In this document: positions 11,857 through 24,600 of the stretch, one piece after another
Numbering within the stretch: the first letter of the stretch is position 1
Layout of the letters: the number at the start of each line of letters is the position of its first letter
Source: Lama guanicoe
Taxonomy: Eukaryota
NCBI GenBank assembly: GCA_013239625.1
Contig: MU053645.1
Coordinates: 1,294,274-1,358,273 of the forward strand
DNA length: 64,000 nucleotides
Direction: 5' to 3'
The notes under the pieces: generated by a model
Told to the model about the DNA's origin: nothing
Database searches by the model: none
Seen by the model: the letters and a program-made list of their open reading frames with translations, nothing else
Made by a program: the position numbers and the translations under genes

Positions 11857-12150
11857 TTCAACTATTCAGCAAATAGTTATTAAGCAATTATTACAATGAC
11901 CATGACTACTAAAAATCCCTGCCCTTATGGATCTTCTATTCCAGTGACAGGATAGAGAAACTAAGAATAAATATATTTTTAAAAATTTTAAATAAATGAT
12001 ATAGCATGCTAAAAAGTGTTAGTGCTACTGAACAAACATAAAAGGGATAGGGAGTGCCAGGGTTTGGAACAGGATGAAATTTTAAATGAAGGGGCCATGT
12101 TATTCTTCATGAAGAAGGAAACATTTGATGAAAGACTTGAAAGTGATGAC
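11857..12150 (-). mobile_element. L2 fragment nested just after the ERV-L PBS
   Basis: ttcaactattcagcaaatagttattaagc tail; aaatccctgcccttatggatcttctattccagtg; acatttgatgaaagacttgaa. Confidence 0.7.
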
Positions 12151-12279
12151 TATTCATATTAATTGATCAGCTGTCCATTCTAATTGGTCAATGCTTCTGA
12201 CATACCAATTGGAAAAAATGTTGAATATTACACATAGAAACTAGAACAATGTATAACAATATGAATAATCTGAACCTCC

Positions 12280-12595
12280 AAAGTCCTCTGAATTTCCTTT
12301 GTGAGCGCAAGAACCCCCTTCCCATAAGTTAATGAATGTGGTCCCACTTTGTTGAAATACCCCATAGTCTACCATCCCTCAACGTCTGACTGGGGGTGGT
12401 AGGGGAAGAAGAATCACGTGCAAAAAGTATTCCAAGATTCTGATCATTTTTGTCAGCATAAACATAAGGAATATGTGTAGGAATGGATTTTAAACTGCTA
12501 GACAAAGGAAGAGCACACTTTTTTGATAGGATTTGTAGAAATGGGTACACCTAAAATAATCCCTGATTTCAATGCCCTAGCTCAGACAGCTGCAC
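12280..12595 (+). pseudogene. gag: Degenerate ERV-L gag fragment
   Basis: Broken translation KEYV*EWIL..LDKGR and FVEMGTPKIIPDFNALAQTA, matching ERV-L gag EYVWEWILRVLDQGG..FIDMG..FNVLA. Confidence 0.7.
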
Positions 12596-12599
12596 ATGA

Positions 12600-13562
12600 T
12601 TTATCAATAAGGCCAATCAAGAGTAGAGAAGCCCTGGTAAAACCCCTGCAGTTTGGTCGGGAACCCTACAGAACTGCACCCTAAGATTCAGGATGAATTA
12701 AAAGTAAAACAGTTTTCACACAGATTACAGCTCAGCTCTGAGTCCTTTTGATGACCCAGAAAATCTCAATCTTAATATTAGATTAAGATGATCCCAGATT
12801 GCTAGTGTTCTCAGGTACCTAGCAGAAGCAACAGAAAACACTCCATTTCTGGAAGATAACATTATCTCAAGCTTCATATTATTTCTAAAAACAAATGTTT
12901 TAATACAGTATCTGGCATATATGAAAGATAAACCAAACCAGACAATATGAACAAGAAATAAAAGCAACAACAGGGCATAGAAACAGACCCACAGGACTCC
13001 AGGTATTGAAATTTTCAGACATAAATGTTAAAATAACTCTGTTTACTAGTTTCTAGAAGATAAGGGCAATGATTGAAATTTTAAACAGAGAACAGAGGCA
13101 GGGAAACACACAGCAGGTTTTTAAACAGTAGACATTCTAGGAGTAAAAACTGCAATAATTGAGAATAAGAATTAGTATTTGAGTTAAACAGAGATGGAAG
13201 AGAGAACTCATGAACCAAAATATAGCCCTGAAGAAAATATCCAGAAAGATTCATGGAGAGACAAAAGGATGGGTAAATACAAGGGAGTACAACAATTCTG
13301 CTTCTGAGTATATACCCAACAGAAAAGCGTGCACACGTGCATGGAAAGATATATGTAAGAATTTCATTACAACAGTATCACAACAGTGCCAAACTGAAAA
13401 TAACCCAGACACTTTTCAACAGTATGGATAAACTGGAGTATATTCATAGATGAATACTATACAACAATACTATACAACAATCAAAATGAACTATAGCTAC
13501 ATGTGACAACTTGGGCAAATCTCACAACTATAATGATGAGCAAAAGAAACCAGAGAAAATTT

Positions 13563-13595
<33 letters not shown>

Positions 13596-13970
13596 ATGTG
13601 TGTGTGTGTGTGTATACACACACACACACACATACACTCCCATTTAATGTATACTCCCAATACACGCTTCCATTTAAACAAGGTTCAAAGACAGGTCAAA
13701 TATTATGTGATTAGGGATGCATATTGAGGTGGTGAAAATATAAATAAATGTAATTTAATGCTTACTATAAAAAGTAGGATAATAGTTACACTTTGGCAAG
13801 AGGGAGAGTTATTTGACTGGAAGGTAGTGTACAGAGGATTTCTAGGGTGCAAGCAATGCTCTACTTTGTCATGTTCATGATTATTGTACATGTGTTCACT
13901 TTGTCATAACTCACTACACTGCTAATTTTTGTTTTATGCACTTTTCTGAGTGTGTTATATTTCACTAGAA
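12600..13970 (+). mobile_element. Old L1M fragments (5' region plus L1ME-type 3' end) nested in ERV-L
   Basis: gaaacagacccacaggactccaggtattgaaattttcagacata; 3'UTR ttcactttgtcataactcac...tatgcacttttctg. Confidence 0.7.
13563..13637. repeat. Compound (TA)n(TG)n(CA)n microsatellite containing a perfect 46-bp palindrome
   Basis: Read directly; palindrome 13592-13637 centred on GTATAC. Confidence 0.95.
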
Positions 13971-13974
13971 AGCA

Positions 13975-15655
13975 GGGAAAGGGTTAACATAACCACTAAA
14001 GTGGCTGTCCTCTATAGTTTGGAGATGAAGGTGGGGAGAGCCATCATTGAAATGGTCTTCTTTATTTCGATGGGATTGATGGTATCAAAGATACCAAGTA
14101 GCACCACTTCACCACCAGAGGCAAGGCGAGCATGCTTACCATAATAAGCAGCAGAGCTACAGTGTCATTTAGAATGGCTTGACCTGCATAGGACCTAGGT
14201 AGTAGCTAATTATTTATGATGCTGTTGGACTAAAATAGATGAGCAACCTACTAAATTCCTACTGGATCTATATAACACGGTCTCTTATCCAATTCCCACA
14301 CCTGAGACAATTCACAAAACAAAAGCTCCTTTAGGGAAAATCCTGTGTTATGACCATGAGTATGTACTATACACCTTTCTTCCTAGATTTACCAAAAGGA
14401 AGCTTCAGTCATTTACCAGGAAAACCGCACACTCGGGAAAGGGAAATACCTAAAACCCTTAGGGATCATCAGACACTAGTTTTGAGCCATGCTGATCCCT
14501 GGGGATCCCACATGCCACTGTGGTCTACTGCTAAATGCAGGGAGTAATAGGAATCCACTGACAAAATGGGATTTTGGCCATCTCCCAGTGGGCTCAGTAG
14601 GTCTGTGAACCAATCATGTAGCTATTTCTCCAGGTCCCAAATGCATAAGTTGAAATTATTATTTGGCAAATGCTAAAACCCCCACATTGGCTCCCTAACC
14701 TGTACCATAAGGGCTATTATGGAAAGAAGGGCCAAGTGAAAATCTGTGGAACTTCCCTCTCTACCAAAAGAGCAAACCAAAAATAATACTGTATTACTGG
14801 GAGAAACATAAAAAGTAATGGCACCATCGAAGATGTGTGCAGGGACTGTGATTCTTATCATTTCTCATTTAAGTGGCCCATTTTGCCTTTGCTCAAGAGT
14901 CAGGTCCTAGAGACTGACAGTGAATTATCTCTGGCTTAATCAGTGCACAACTCTAGTGCTCGCTTCGGCAGCACATATACTAAAACTCAGTGCGCAACTC
15001 CAATTTGCAGTTGCTGTTCTAGATGTAGTCCCTTAAAGAGACTGAAGCAAATCAACGCAGTCCCCAGCACCTGGTATGCAGTTATCAATCTGGCAAATGC
15101 TTTTTTACCCCTGTACCACTCAGTAAGAAAGACCAGAAGCCACTTCCTCTAACCTAACAAGAATGACACTATTTTGTTTCAGAGATACATCAATGTTTTG
15201 TCATAATTTAGAATAGTGGAACCCTGATCATCCCACAGGACATCATGCTAGTCTATTACTGATGACATCACGCTGATAGGGACATGGTGAGCAAGAACTC
15301 CAAATGCCTTGGTGGTCAGGAGATAAAAATCCATGAAAATAGGGACCTGCTACCTCAGTGAAGTTTCTAGAGGTTCATTGGCCAGGGATATACTGGGGTA
15401 TCCTCTCCAATGGGAAAGACAAGTTTCTACATCTCGCAGCTCCTACCACTAAAGAAAGAGGCACATTACTTGGGGGCTTATTGGCAATCTGGTGTCAACC
15501 TGTAGCACACTTGAATGAGCTGGTCTGACTCATTTACCAAGTAACTCATAATTCTATTAACTATGAGTGAGGCCCATAACATTAATTGAAGGTTCTCCAT
15601 TGTGGTCAGGTTACAGAGCAAGCAGCTCAGTCAGTTGGGCCTTGTGGCCAAACAT
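13975..15655 (+). pseudogene. pol: Degenerate ERV-L gag C-terminus, protease and RT
   Basis: QPTKFLLDLY (gag); remnants of FTRVTVHWGKGN..LDTG..LIPGDP (protease); ctagtctattactgatgacatcacgctgatagg = frameshifted LVYYxDDITLIG RT motif near 15250-15280; SVKFLEVHW. Confidence 0.85.
14956..14985 (+). pseudogene. RNU6: 3'-truncated (tailless) U6 snRNA retropseudogene, nt 1-30
   Basis: GTGCTCGCTTCGGCAGCACATATACTAAAA equals the U6 5' end. Flanked by direct repeats tcagtgcacaactcta (14940-14955) and tcagtgcgcaactcca (14987-15002). Confidence 0.93.
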
Positions 15656-15659
15656 TGAA

Positions 15660-18600
15660 TAAAAACCCAAAGATACCTAGAACTAAATATAGTAAAAACA
15701 CTATAAAACAAAACTTCCTGGGTATAATAAAAGCAGTATTTTGAGGGAAATTTATAGCCTTGAATTCCTATTATAAAGAGGAAATAAGTAAAAAATAATG
15801 AGATAACTGTCTATCTTAGGAAATTATAAAAAACCCAAGAGAATAAGCCCAATGAAAGTACTAGGAAATATATAATAAATTTAAGACTGGAAACTAATGA
15901 AATGGAAAACAAAGACAAAATGAGTAGATCTTCTCTTTGAAAAAAAAAGTAACAAAATAAATAAGCCTCTGGCAAGACTGATCAGGAAAAAAGAGAGAAG
16001 ACACAAATAATACATGAATGAAAAGGGAAGCATAACTAGAAATAACATAGCGTTGTAAAAGATAAAAAACAATGCAATCAACACTGAAGACTAACACTTT
16101 TGAAAACTTTGGAGAAATGGAAAAATTCTTGGAAAAATATAACTTTCCAGAACTTGCTCAAAAAGAAATTAAAAACCCTTTGATCACTTTACAACTATTT
16201 TAAAATTTTAAAGCAGTGGCTAAAATCTTCCTGCAAAGGAAACACTAGATCAAGACTGTTTTATAGAAGAGGTCTACCAAACTTTCAAGAAATGAATCAC
16301 TTTGCTGTATACCAGAAACTTAACACAACACTGTAAATCAACTATAATTCAGTAAGAAATAAAAATTTTTTAAAAATTTTTAAAAAGAAATAGACAATCC
16401 CAGTTTTGTACAAATACTTTCAGATAACAGAAAAAGAGGAAATACCACTCAACCTATTCTTCAAGGCAAGTATAATCTGACACAAGAACAAAGAAACTAT
16501 GAGAAATGAAGATTATGGATTCTCTTAAATCATGAATACAAATGCAAAACTCCTAACAAAATATTATCAAATCAAACCCAACAGTGTATAGAAAAGACAA
16601 TATATTGTAACCAAACTGAATTTATCCCAGATGTGCAAAGATGGTTTAATATTAGAAAATCTATAAATGTACCTTACTATATTAATAAATTAATATGAAA
16701 AACCACATGATTATTTCAGTAGATATGAATTCTTTCATCAAATTAAAAACCCTTTTATTATAAAAAGAAAATTGATCTTAAATTAGAAATGGAAGAAGAA
16801 ATTTCTTAACTTGATTTTAAAAAAACCTGTAAAATAATCCTACAGTTACAATTACCTAAAATGAGCAAATATTGGAAGCATTTTCTTTAAAATCAGGAAC
16901 AAGAGAAGGAAACCCATTATTACCACTTTTATTCAATATTGTACTTGAGGTCTGATCTAGTATAATTAGACTGTAAGATTGTAATCAGAACTATAAGGAT
17001 TGGAAATGAAGACACAAAATTGTGATTATTTGAAGATTATTTGTAGATGACACAATGTCTTTAGAAAACCTAAATAATATAACTCACATCTCTAGAAATG
17101 ACAGAAGAGTTTGGCAAAGTAGCTTCCTATAAGATTAATATACAAGAGTATTTTGCATTTCTGCTCACCAGTAGCAAACCATTAAAATGTACTTAAAGAA
17201 AAGACACAATTTAAAATAGTATCAGAAATATCAAGTATCTGGAAATAAATCTAATAAAAGATGTAGAAGACGTCTATAGGGAAAAAGTGTTATTAGGATA
17301 TATTTTTAATGATTTCAATAAAATATGCTTTATTATTGGATAGGAAGATTTAATATCTTTGATGTTGTGTTTCCCAAATTTATCTAGAAATAAATTCAAT
17401 GGAATTTCAACTTATATTCCAACAGTGTTTTCAAGTGACTTGATATGCTAAAATTAATATTGATGATAAAAGGGTCAGTAGTAGCCAGAACATAACTAAA
17501 GATGCAGGTTTGAAGTGTTTGCCTTAGCATATATTAGGAATTATTATAAACCTATAATATTTAAAGCAGCATAATATTGGAGTAGAGATAGATAAAATGA
17601 CCAATGGAATAGAAAATAACAGGAAAAGACCCACACATGAATGAAACGCTGATATAAGACAGAGATGGGACGTCTTCCCGGTGAAGAAAGTAGGAGCTGT
17701 TCAATACATGGTGCTGGTAAAATGGCTACCATATGGAAAAAGATGAAATCAGCCCCCACCTCACACCACATCCAGAAAACAACCTCAGATGGATTAAGGG
17801 TTTAAAAGTCAAAATTAAAACTTTAAAACACTTTGTAGAAAATATGCATGAAAATCTTTTAGCCCTTGGAGTAGGGAAATATTTTTTCACAAGACAAGAC
17901 ACTAAAAGATTGATAATTTTGACTATAATAAAACTCATTAAAAGACACCTTAAAGCAAGTGAAACAGACAAGCTACAAACTGGAAAACTGTACTCGCAGA
18001 ACATACAATCAAGAAAGAATTAGTATCAAAAATATATAAATTCTCTCTAACCATAAGAGAAGAACAAACACCCAGTAGAAAAAAAATGGACAAGAGATAT
18101 TTCACAGAAGAGGAGACACATAAGGCTAAAAATGTATGAAGTGAATTCAACATCATTGGTGACTGAGGAAATTCAAATCAAGACCTCAATGAGATGCTAG
18201 TTTATACACATTTTACTAGCAAAAAGTAAAAGTCTAACAATATCTAGTGCTGGATATGATGTGGAGCCACCATACAACTTACGCCTTGCCTCTGAGAATG
18301 AAAATTTCTGCAACCACTTGGAAAAAGTTTCACATTGCCTCCTAACGTTGACCATTTACATGGCCAATGGCTTAGCAATTCCACTCCCAGGTACACAAAA
18401 AACTTTTACATATATACAACTGGAAATATGTACAAAAATGTTCACATCAGTACTGCTCACAATAGTAAAAGCCTGGATACAACCCTAATGCCCATCAATG
18501 AGAGACAGGATGAATAAACTGTGGTATAGACATATAATGGATTAGTGTAAACCAGTCAAAATGAATGAAGTATGGTAATACACAGTAATAGGTATGGTTT

Positions 18601-18930
18601 TTAGAAAAAATAATGTTAAGTAAAAAAAAAAAGTAAATCCTAAACATTACATGCAGTATGATATCCATTCTACAATGTAAAACACAACTAAATAAAGCAC
18701 ACTCTTTAGGAATATATTTCCATGTAATAAAACTATATAAAAACAGAACAAGGACATCATGAACTGGAGAAACAGACTGGTGCTACTTCAGATGGAGGGA
18801 AATGTCATGCTGGGAGAGGTTATTGTCAAGGTCTTGGCTTTTGTTTTGAGTGGTTGGGTTGAGAATACTTATTACATTATTAAAAACAATTACAGTTAAT
18901 TAAATAACCAAAAAATGAATAAAGACAAGC
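15660..18930 (+). mobile_element. Old L1M ORF2 and 3' end, with a small younger L1 tail nested at ~16293-16385
   Basis: A-rich degenerate ORF2: aagcagtattttgagggaaatttatagcc, aaatcaggaacaagagaagg, ctcacaccacatccagaaa; remnant ORF 17733-18023. Confidence 0.85.
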
Positions 18931-18949
18931 TATATATAAACTAATGATG

Positions 18950-19596
18950 ACTTTGTGTTCCTGAAGTCCAGTAAAAACAACAACAATGAAAATGGAATTA
19001 ATGGAAGACTGCAGCAACCTAAGCCAGCAGAACCACAAAGGACCCATGCCCCTCAGGAACAGTTTTAGATCACCTCATGAAGTAGAGCCTGACCTGCAGA
19101 GGTGCTGGCTGAAGGCAAAAGAACATAGAAAAGATAGAGGAAGAAGCAATTTATAAATACTTAAGAGACCATGTCTTGTAACCAGTTTCAAAATGAGATT
19201 GCTATAGTCATCCTGTTCTCTTCCTTGCTTATACACATGCACACACACACACACACACTCACACACACATATTTTTTCCATTCCTTTTCTCCTTCCCAAA
19301 CATTTTATATAAAAATATATTGGTAGTAATTAAGCTTATTATATTCCTTAAGGTATATCGACTCCAGGTGGGATTATGACAAAACCATATGATGAATGAA
19401 CATCATGCAGAGATGGATTCAGTCACTGATGAGACTCTGGATTTCCCCCTTTTTGGAAAAGGATGGATGCAGTTTTTTTTTTATCAGAAAAGAGTTACAT
19501 TATATTAGGCATTTCCATATTGTCACTGTTATTTTCATAAGCATAAGTATGGAAAGACAAATGTGTACCATATTTAGTAGCAGAAGAGGTGTTATA
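18950..19596 (+). pseudogene. ERV-L integrase C-terminus and 3' internal region
   Basis: NGRLQQPK...PAEVLAEGKR matches ERV-L IN end NGKLQQPN...PAEVLAEGKG; purine tract before the LTR. Confidence 0.75.
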
Positions 19597-20246
19597 TATG
19601 GTGAATGCATTCAGCACTCATTCTCACCTCCTTCTAGCATACCTTACTGTACTGCTTAGCCTGGAAAAATAAAATCTACCTTTCTGAGACTCCCCTACAG
19701 TTATGTTTCTGGATATAAGTTAGGTTTTACCAATTAGACATACTTTTATGAGATTTAGAAGGAAGTGATTCGAGGATCATTTTCCTGCTGCTTTGATGGT
19801 TGTTGCTGGCAAGTGGTCTTGAAGACCTTGGATTTTTTCTGTAGCAGGATTCTAGCTTTCATTAACTTAGCTGGTATTGAGAGATAGTTGAATTGGGGTG
19901 AAAGGTGGACTCAGCCTTGGATGCCCTGGCATCAGCTTCATGAGGTAAAGAGGTAGCTGCAGTAGTGGTGGCTTCCAGATCCTTAAAGTGCAGTCATGGC
20001 TGTGTCCTAGAACTCAACAGTTTCAATGGGAAGTTCCTGACTCTCTGCCTTCCTGATGTGAGCAGAGGTAGCCTATCTTCAGAAAGACCAGTTCTTCAGC
20101 GTTATTCTCAGATTCCCTTCTGGAAGTCCAATTCAGAACGCATTCTTCTTGTCCAGCCACTATTTGGGGAGGTCCCTATTCCATGTATTAAATACTTAGG
20201 AAGGGAAAGTGGTTTTGTTTCCTACAACTGAATTCTGACTGATACA
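19597..20246 (+). mobile_element. LTR33-like 3' LTR
   Basis: ctccttctagc...ggaaaaataaaatctacctttctgagactccc...caattagac; canonical end gtggttttgtttcc...ctgactgataca. Confidence 0.8.
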
Positions 20247-20989
20247 GATGCACTCTTGAGAAATGATTTTTACAATGAATCCTTATTTGCTTATTGAAGA
20301 GAATGGTAAAAAGAAAAAAGTTTCATTTTGATTGAATTTCAGGGAATGTTTGGCTTATAAAATGTAAAATTTAAATTTCTCTAATGCCCAGCTTATCTAT
20401 CAAGCTTTTAATTATGTATGCAAACATGTTTTCATAAAATAAATAATTAACCACATGACAAAGAAAAAATCCTGCTCCAAATATTTATGGATTTGTGAAT
20501 TACTCATGTCATTTAAACTAAGCTTTTAAAATACATGCATTTTCACTAAAATAAATTGCATTAAACTTAATCTAATATCAGCTCATATTTATTGAGAGCT
20601 TATTCTGAGCTAAGCAGTGTTCCATCATCCTGCTTTCTTTTTTTTCTTTCTTTACCACACAGATCTTTTGATCCCCAGAAAATAGTCTTAATTTTCCAAA
20701 GACTAACATGGGATTATTTTAATGGTTAAAGCATACACAAGTGTGTTTGCAGCTTGAAGAGGTGCAGTCTCCTATGGATTTGGGTTCATTTCTACACCTA
20801 GCTGTATTACCATTAGAAGTATCACCAATGATACAGAGAAAGTAAATTCAGAAGTCAGTAAACTCTTACTTGCGTGTGGATAGTAGGAAATACAGACCCT
20901 CTCCACAGGCACTGTGCTACAGGGAATTCATATAATGCTGATGCAGTTAAATACTCTACTTTCTAGAAATATATTCCCCATTGTCAAAT

Positions 20990-21600
20990 GAGGTACATCT
21001 TTTATTCCAAATATTTCCACTTCTCTCCATCTTCACACTATCAGCCAGTTCTAAACTTTTATCATCTCTCATCTTGATTTCTGCCGCAGCCTCCTAATTG
21101 GTCTCTCTGTTCTACTCCTCCCTTCCTGTGCACTCTACACAGAAGCCAGGGTGGTCTTTCGTTAATGGTTAAATCAAAACATATCCCTACTCTTCTTAAA
21201 ACTCCTCTTTAATTCCTTCTCTCAGCATTTAGGACAAAAATCCCCAATCTTTAACATAGTCCTCAGGATCCTTCATGATCAGGCACCTGCTAACTCTCTA
21301 GCTGCAGCCTCTCACTCCTTAGCCACCTCAGTTTCTCCATCTTGCATTCACTTTCTTGAAGATCCCTTTTCTTTCCTGCCACAGTGCCATCTCATTTGCT
21401 CTTTTTCCTCTCTACATTCACATTATTCCTCCATTCTCACCCTTCAAGGCCTTAAATGTCAATTCTTCAAAAAAGCCTCTTCTTTCTCATAAGACTCTAT
21501 GTTATTCTTTCATAACCCATATCACAGTTACATTTACATACCTATTTGAACATACTTCTGTATTGTCTGTCTCTCCCACTAGGCTATAAACTTCATGATG
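20990..21600 (+). mobile_element. L2 LINE fragment
   Basis: gcagcctcctaattggtctctctg; acacagaagccagggtggtcttt; tgtctgtctctcccactaggctataaacttcatga. Confidence 0.75.
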
Positions 21601-21604
21601 GTAA

Positions 21605-24600
21605 AATGAAGGACTCTGATCCCCTTGGTGGGGACAGATGGTGGAGCTAATCTTCCATCTCTTGCCTGGGCAGGCAGATCTGATTTCCCTCACCTAGTGG
21701 TGCTGGCAAGTCAAGCGAGGAACTGTTCCTCCATACCCTGCCCGGGGGAAGCAGATGGTGCTCTGCCAGGGTGGTGTCATCAGGGTCTGGTGGAGAGCTA
21801 AACCTTCACCCACACCCAACACCAGTGGGACTGAAGGAGGTGCTGTGCTTTGGGACTAGTAAGGACTCTTCTCTACCGTATCCCTAGTGCCAGCAACACT
21901 CACTGGGGATCTGCACCTACACACACCTGGCAGCGTTAAGACTAAATGAGGTGATGTGAGCAGGACTAGTTAGCATTCCATCTTCCACTTTTCCTAGTGT
22001 CAGCAGAACCAGTGAGGACCTGAGCCTCAACACCTACCTGGCATGAGTGAGGCAGAATGAGGCAGCGGTAGGCAGGATTAGCTGGCCTTCCACTTCCTCT
22101 TCTCCCTCCACTGGTGTCAGTAGGGCCCAGTGGGAGCTGATACTCTGCCCCCGACCCTGCAGCAACAAAGCACTATGAGTTAGCCTATTTCCCTCAGTGT
22201 TGGGGGGCAATGAGGCCCAGCAGAGGGTTGATTTTACTACCCCCACCTGGAAGCAATGAGATGGCAAGTCAGTGTCCCACTTTCACCAAAAAAATGTCAT
22301 CAGGGTCAAGCAGGAAACCGATCTTTCACCCCAGCCATCTGCAATGAGGCAGTGTGAGTCAGCAATCCACAGCTGCCAAGTGGTATCAGTGGGGCCAAGT
22401 GGGAAACGGAACATACACCCCCACACAACTCTCATGCTACACTTCAATAGGGGATGACCTGATTTTAAAAAAAAGAGATTAAATGGGATTGAATCTTATA
22501 GTATCCCAAATTTCCAGGATAGACTAGAAAGTCACTTGTCATACCAAGCACCAGGAAAATCATAACACAAATGAGAAAATACAATCCACAGATGCCAACA
22601 CTGAGACAAATAATATCTCAGTTGGAAATATCTGAAAATGATTTTAAAGCAATCATAAAAATGATTGAACAAGCAATTAAAAATTTATCTGAAATAAATG
22701 AAAACAAAAAATAGAACATTTCAGCAAAGAAATAAATGTCATCAAAAAGAACCAAATGGAAGTCATAGAAGTGAAAAATACAATAACCGAAATTAAAAAC
22801 TCACTGATGGGCTCAAAAGTAGAGTGGAGATGCCAGAGGACAGAATCAGTGAAAATGGGGACAGACTAATGGAATTTACCAATCTAAGCAACAGAGGGAA
22901 AACAGAGTAAAAAGAGAGAACAGTTTTGGGGTCTGTAGAACAACAGAATAAGAGCTAACATCCGTATCATTGTAGTCCTGAGGCAGAGGAGTTAGAGAGT
23001 GGAACTGAAAATGGGGGGGGGGGTAAATTGAAAACTTTCCCAATTTGGCCAATTAATTAATTAGTTAAACCTACAAATTCAAGAAAGTGAGTGAATCCCA
23101 AACAAGATTAATCCAAAAAAAATTCATGCTAAGACATATTATAACTAAACTTTCATAAACAAAACATAGAAACAACCTTGAAAGCAGCCAGAAAGAAATG
23201 ACACATTACCAATAGGGGAAGAGCAATTCAAAGGACAGTAGACTTCTCATCAGAAACCAAGGAGGCCAGAAGGAAATGGTGCAGCATTTTTTAAATACTG
23301 AAAGAAAAGAATTCTCAACTTCAAATTCTAAATGCAACAAAAATATCTTTCAGGAATGAAGGGAAAATACATTCCCAGACAAAGGAAAACTAAAAAAATG
23401 TGTCACTAGCGTATATACGCTTAAAGTATGGCTAAATGAAATTCTTTGAGCAGAAAGGAAATGATAACAAATGAATTGGAACTTCAGAAAGAAAAGAGCA
23501 CTGGAATGAGGAAAAACAAGGATAAGAATAATGAATTACCCATCTCTCATGAATTTATTAAATCACATTTGATAGTTGAAGCAATAATTATAATGCCCTT
23601 GATGAGGTGTACAATATATAATTGTGAACAAACGATTATATTATAAAGAGAGGAAGATAAAACCTAAATAGAACTTGTCTATACTTTACTCAAAGTGGTA
23701 ATATGTCAATACCAGTAAACTGTGAATATGTATGTATATTATAATATCTATAAGCTACCACTAAGAAAATTATAGTAAGCAATATGCTTAAAAATTATAA
23801 ATAAATCAAGATGTGTTTCTCAAAATAGTTTTCAAGTAACTCACTGGAAGGTAAGAAAAGATAAACAGAGGAACAAGAAGGAGAAAACAAATAATAAAGT
23901 GGTATCATTAAAAGGATAATAAGGGAATTCTATGAACAACTCTATGCCTAAAAATTTGATAGCATCGATGAAACGGACCAATTCCTTGAAAGATACAAAC
24001 CACCAAAACTTACGCAAAAAGAAATAGACCATCCAATTTCTACTGGACCTACTTTAAAGTAAAAACTTTTGTTCTGCTATGTAAGCTTACATATATATAT
24101 GTGTAAGCTACATATACAGCAAATGACTAGTATCTAGAATAAAGAACTCTCAAAAGTCAGCAATAAAAAACCCCATCCATTAAGAAAATGGACAAAAGAC
24201 ATGTGCAGACATTTCACCAAAGAGGATACAGAAATGGCAAATAGGCATATAAAAAATGTACAACAACTTAAGCCATCATGGAAATGCAAATTAGAATGAC
24301 AATATCATTACACACCTATCAGAAAAGTTTAAAATAGTGATTATATCAAATCCTGATGAGGATACTGAGAAACTGCATCACTCATATCATATATTGTTGG
24401 CAGGCATGTAAAATAGTAAACCACTCTAGAAAACAGTTTGGCAGTTTCTTATAAAACTAAATATGTAACTATCATATGACCCAGCAATAGCACTCTTGGG
24501 AAATTTATCCCAGAGAATGAAAGCTATGTTCACACAAAATTTGGTACATGAATGTGCATAGTAGCTGTATTAGTTTGCTCAGGCTGCCATAACAAAATAC

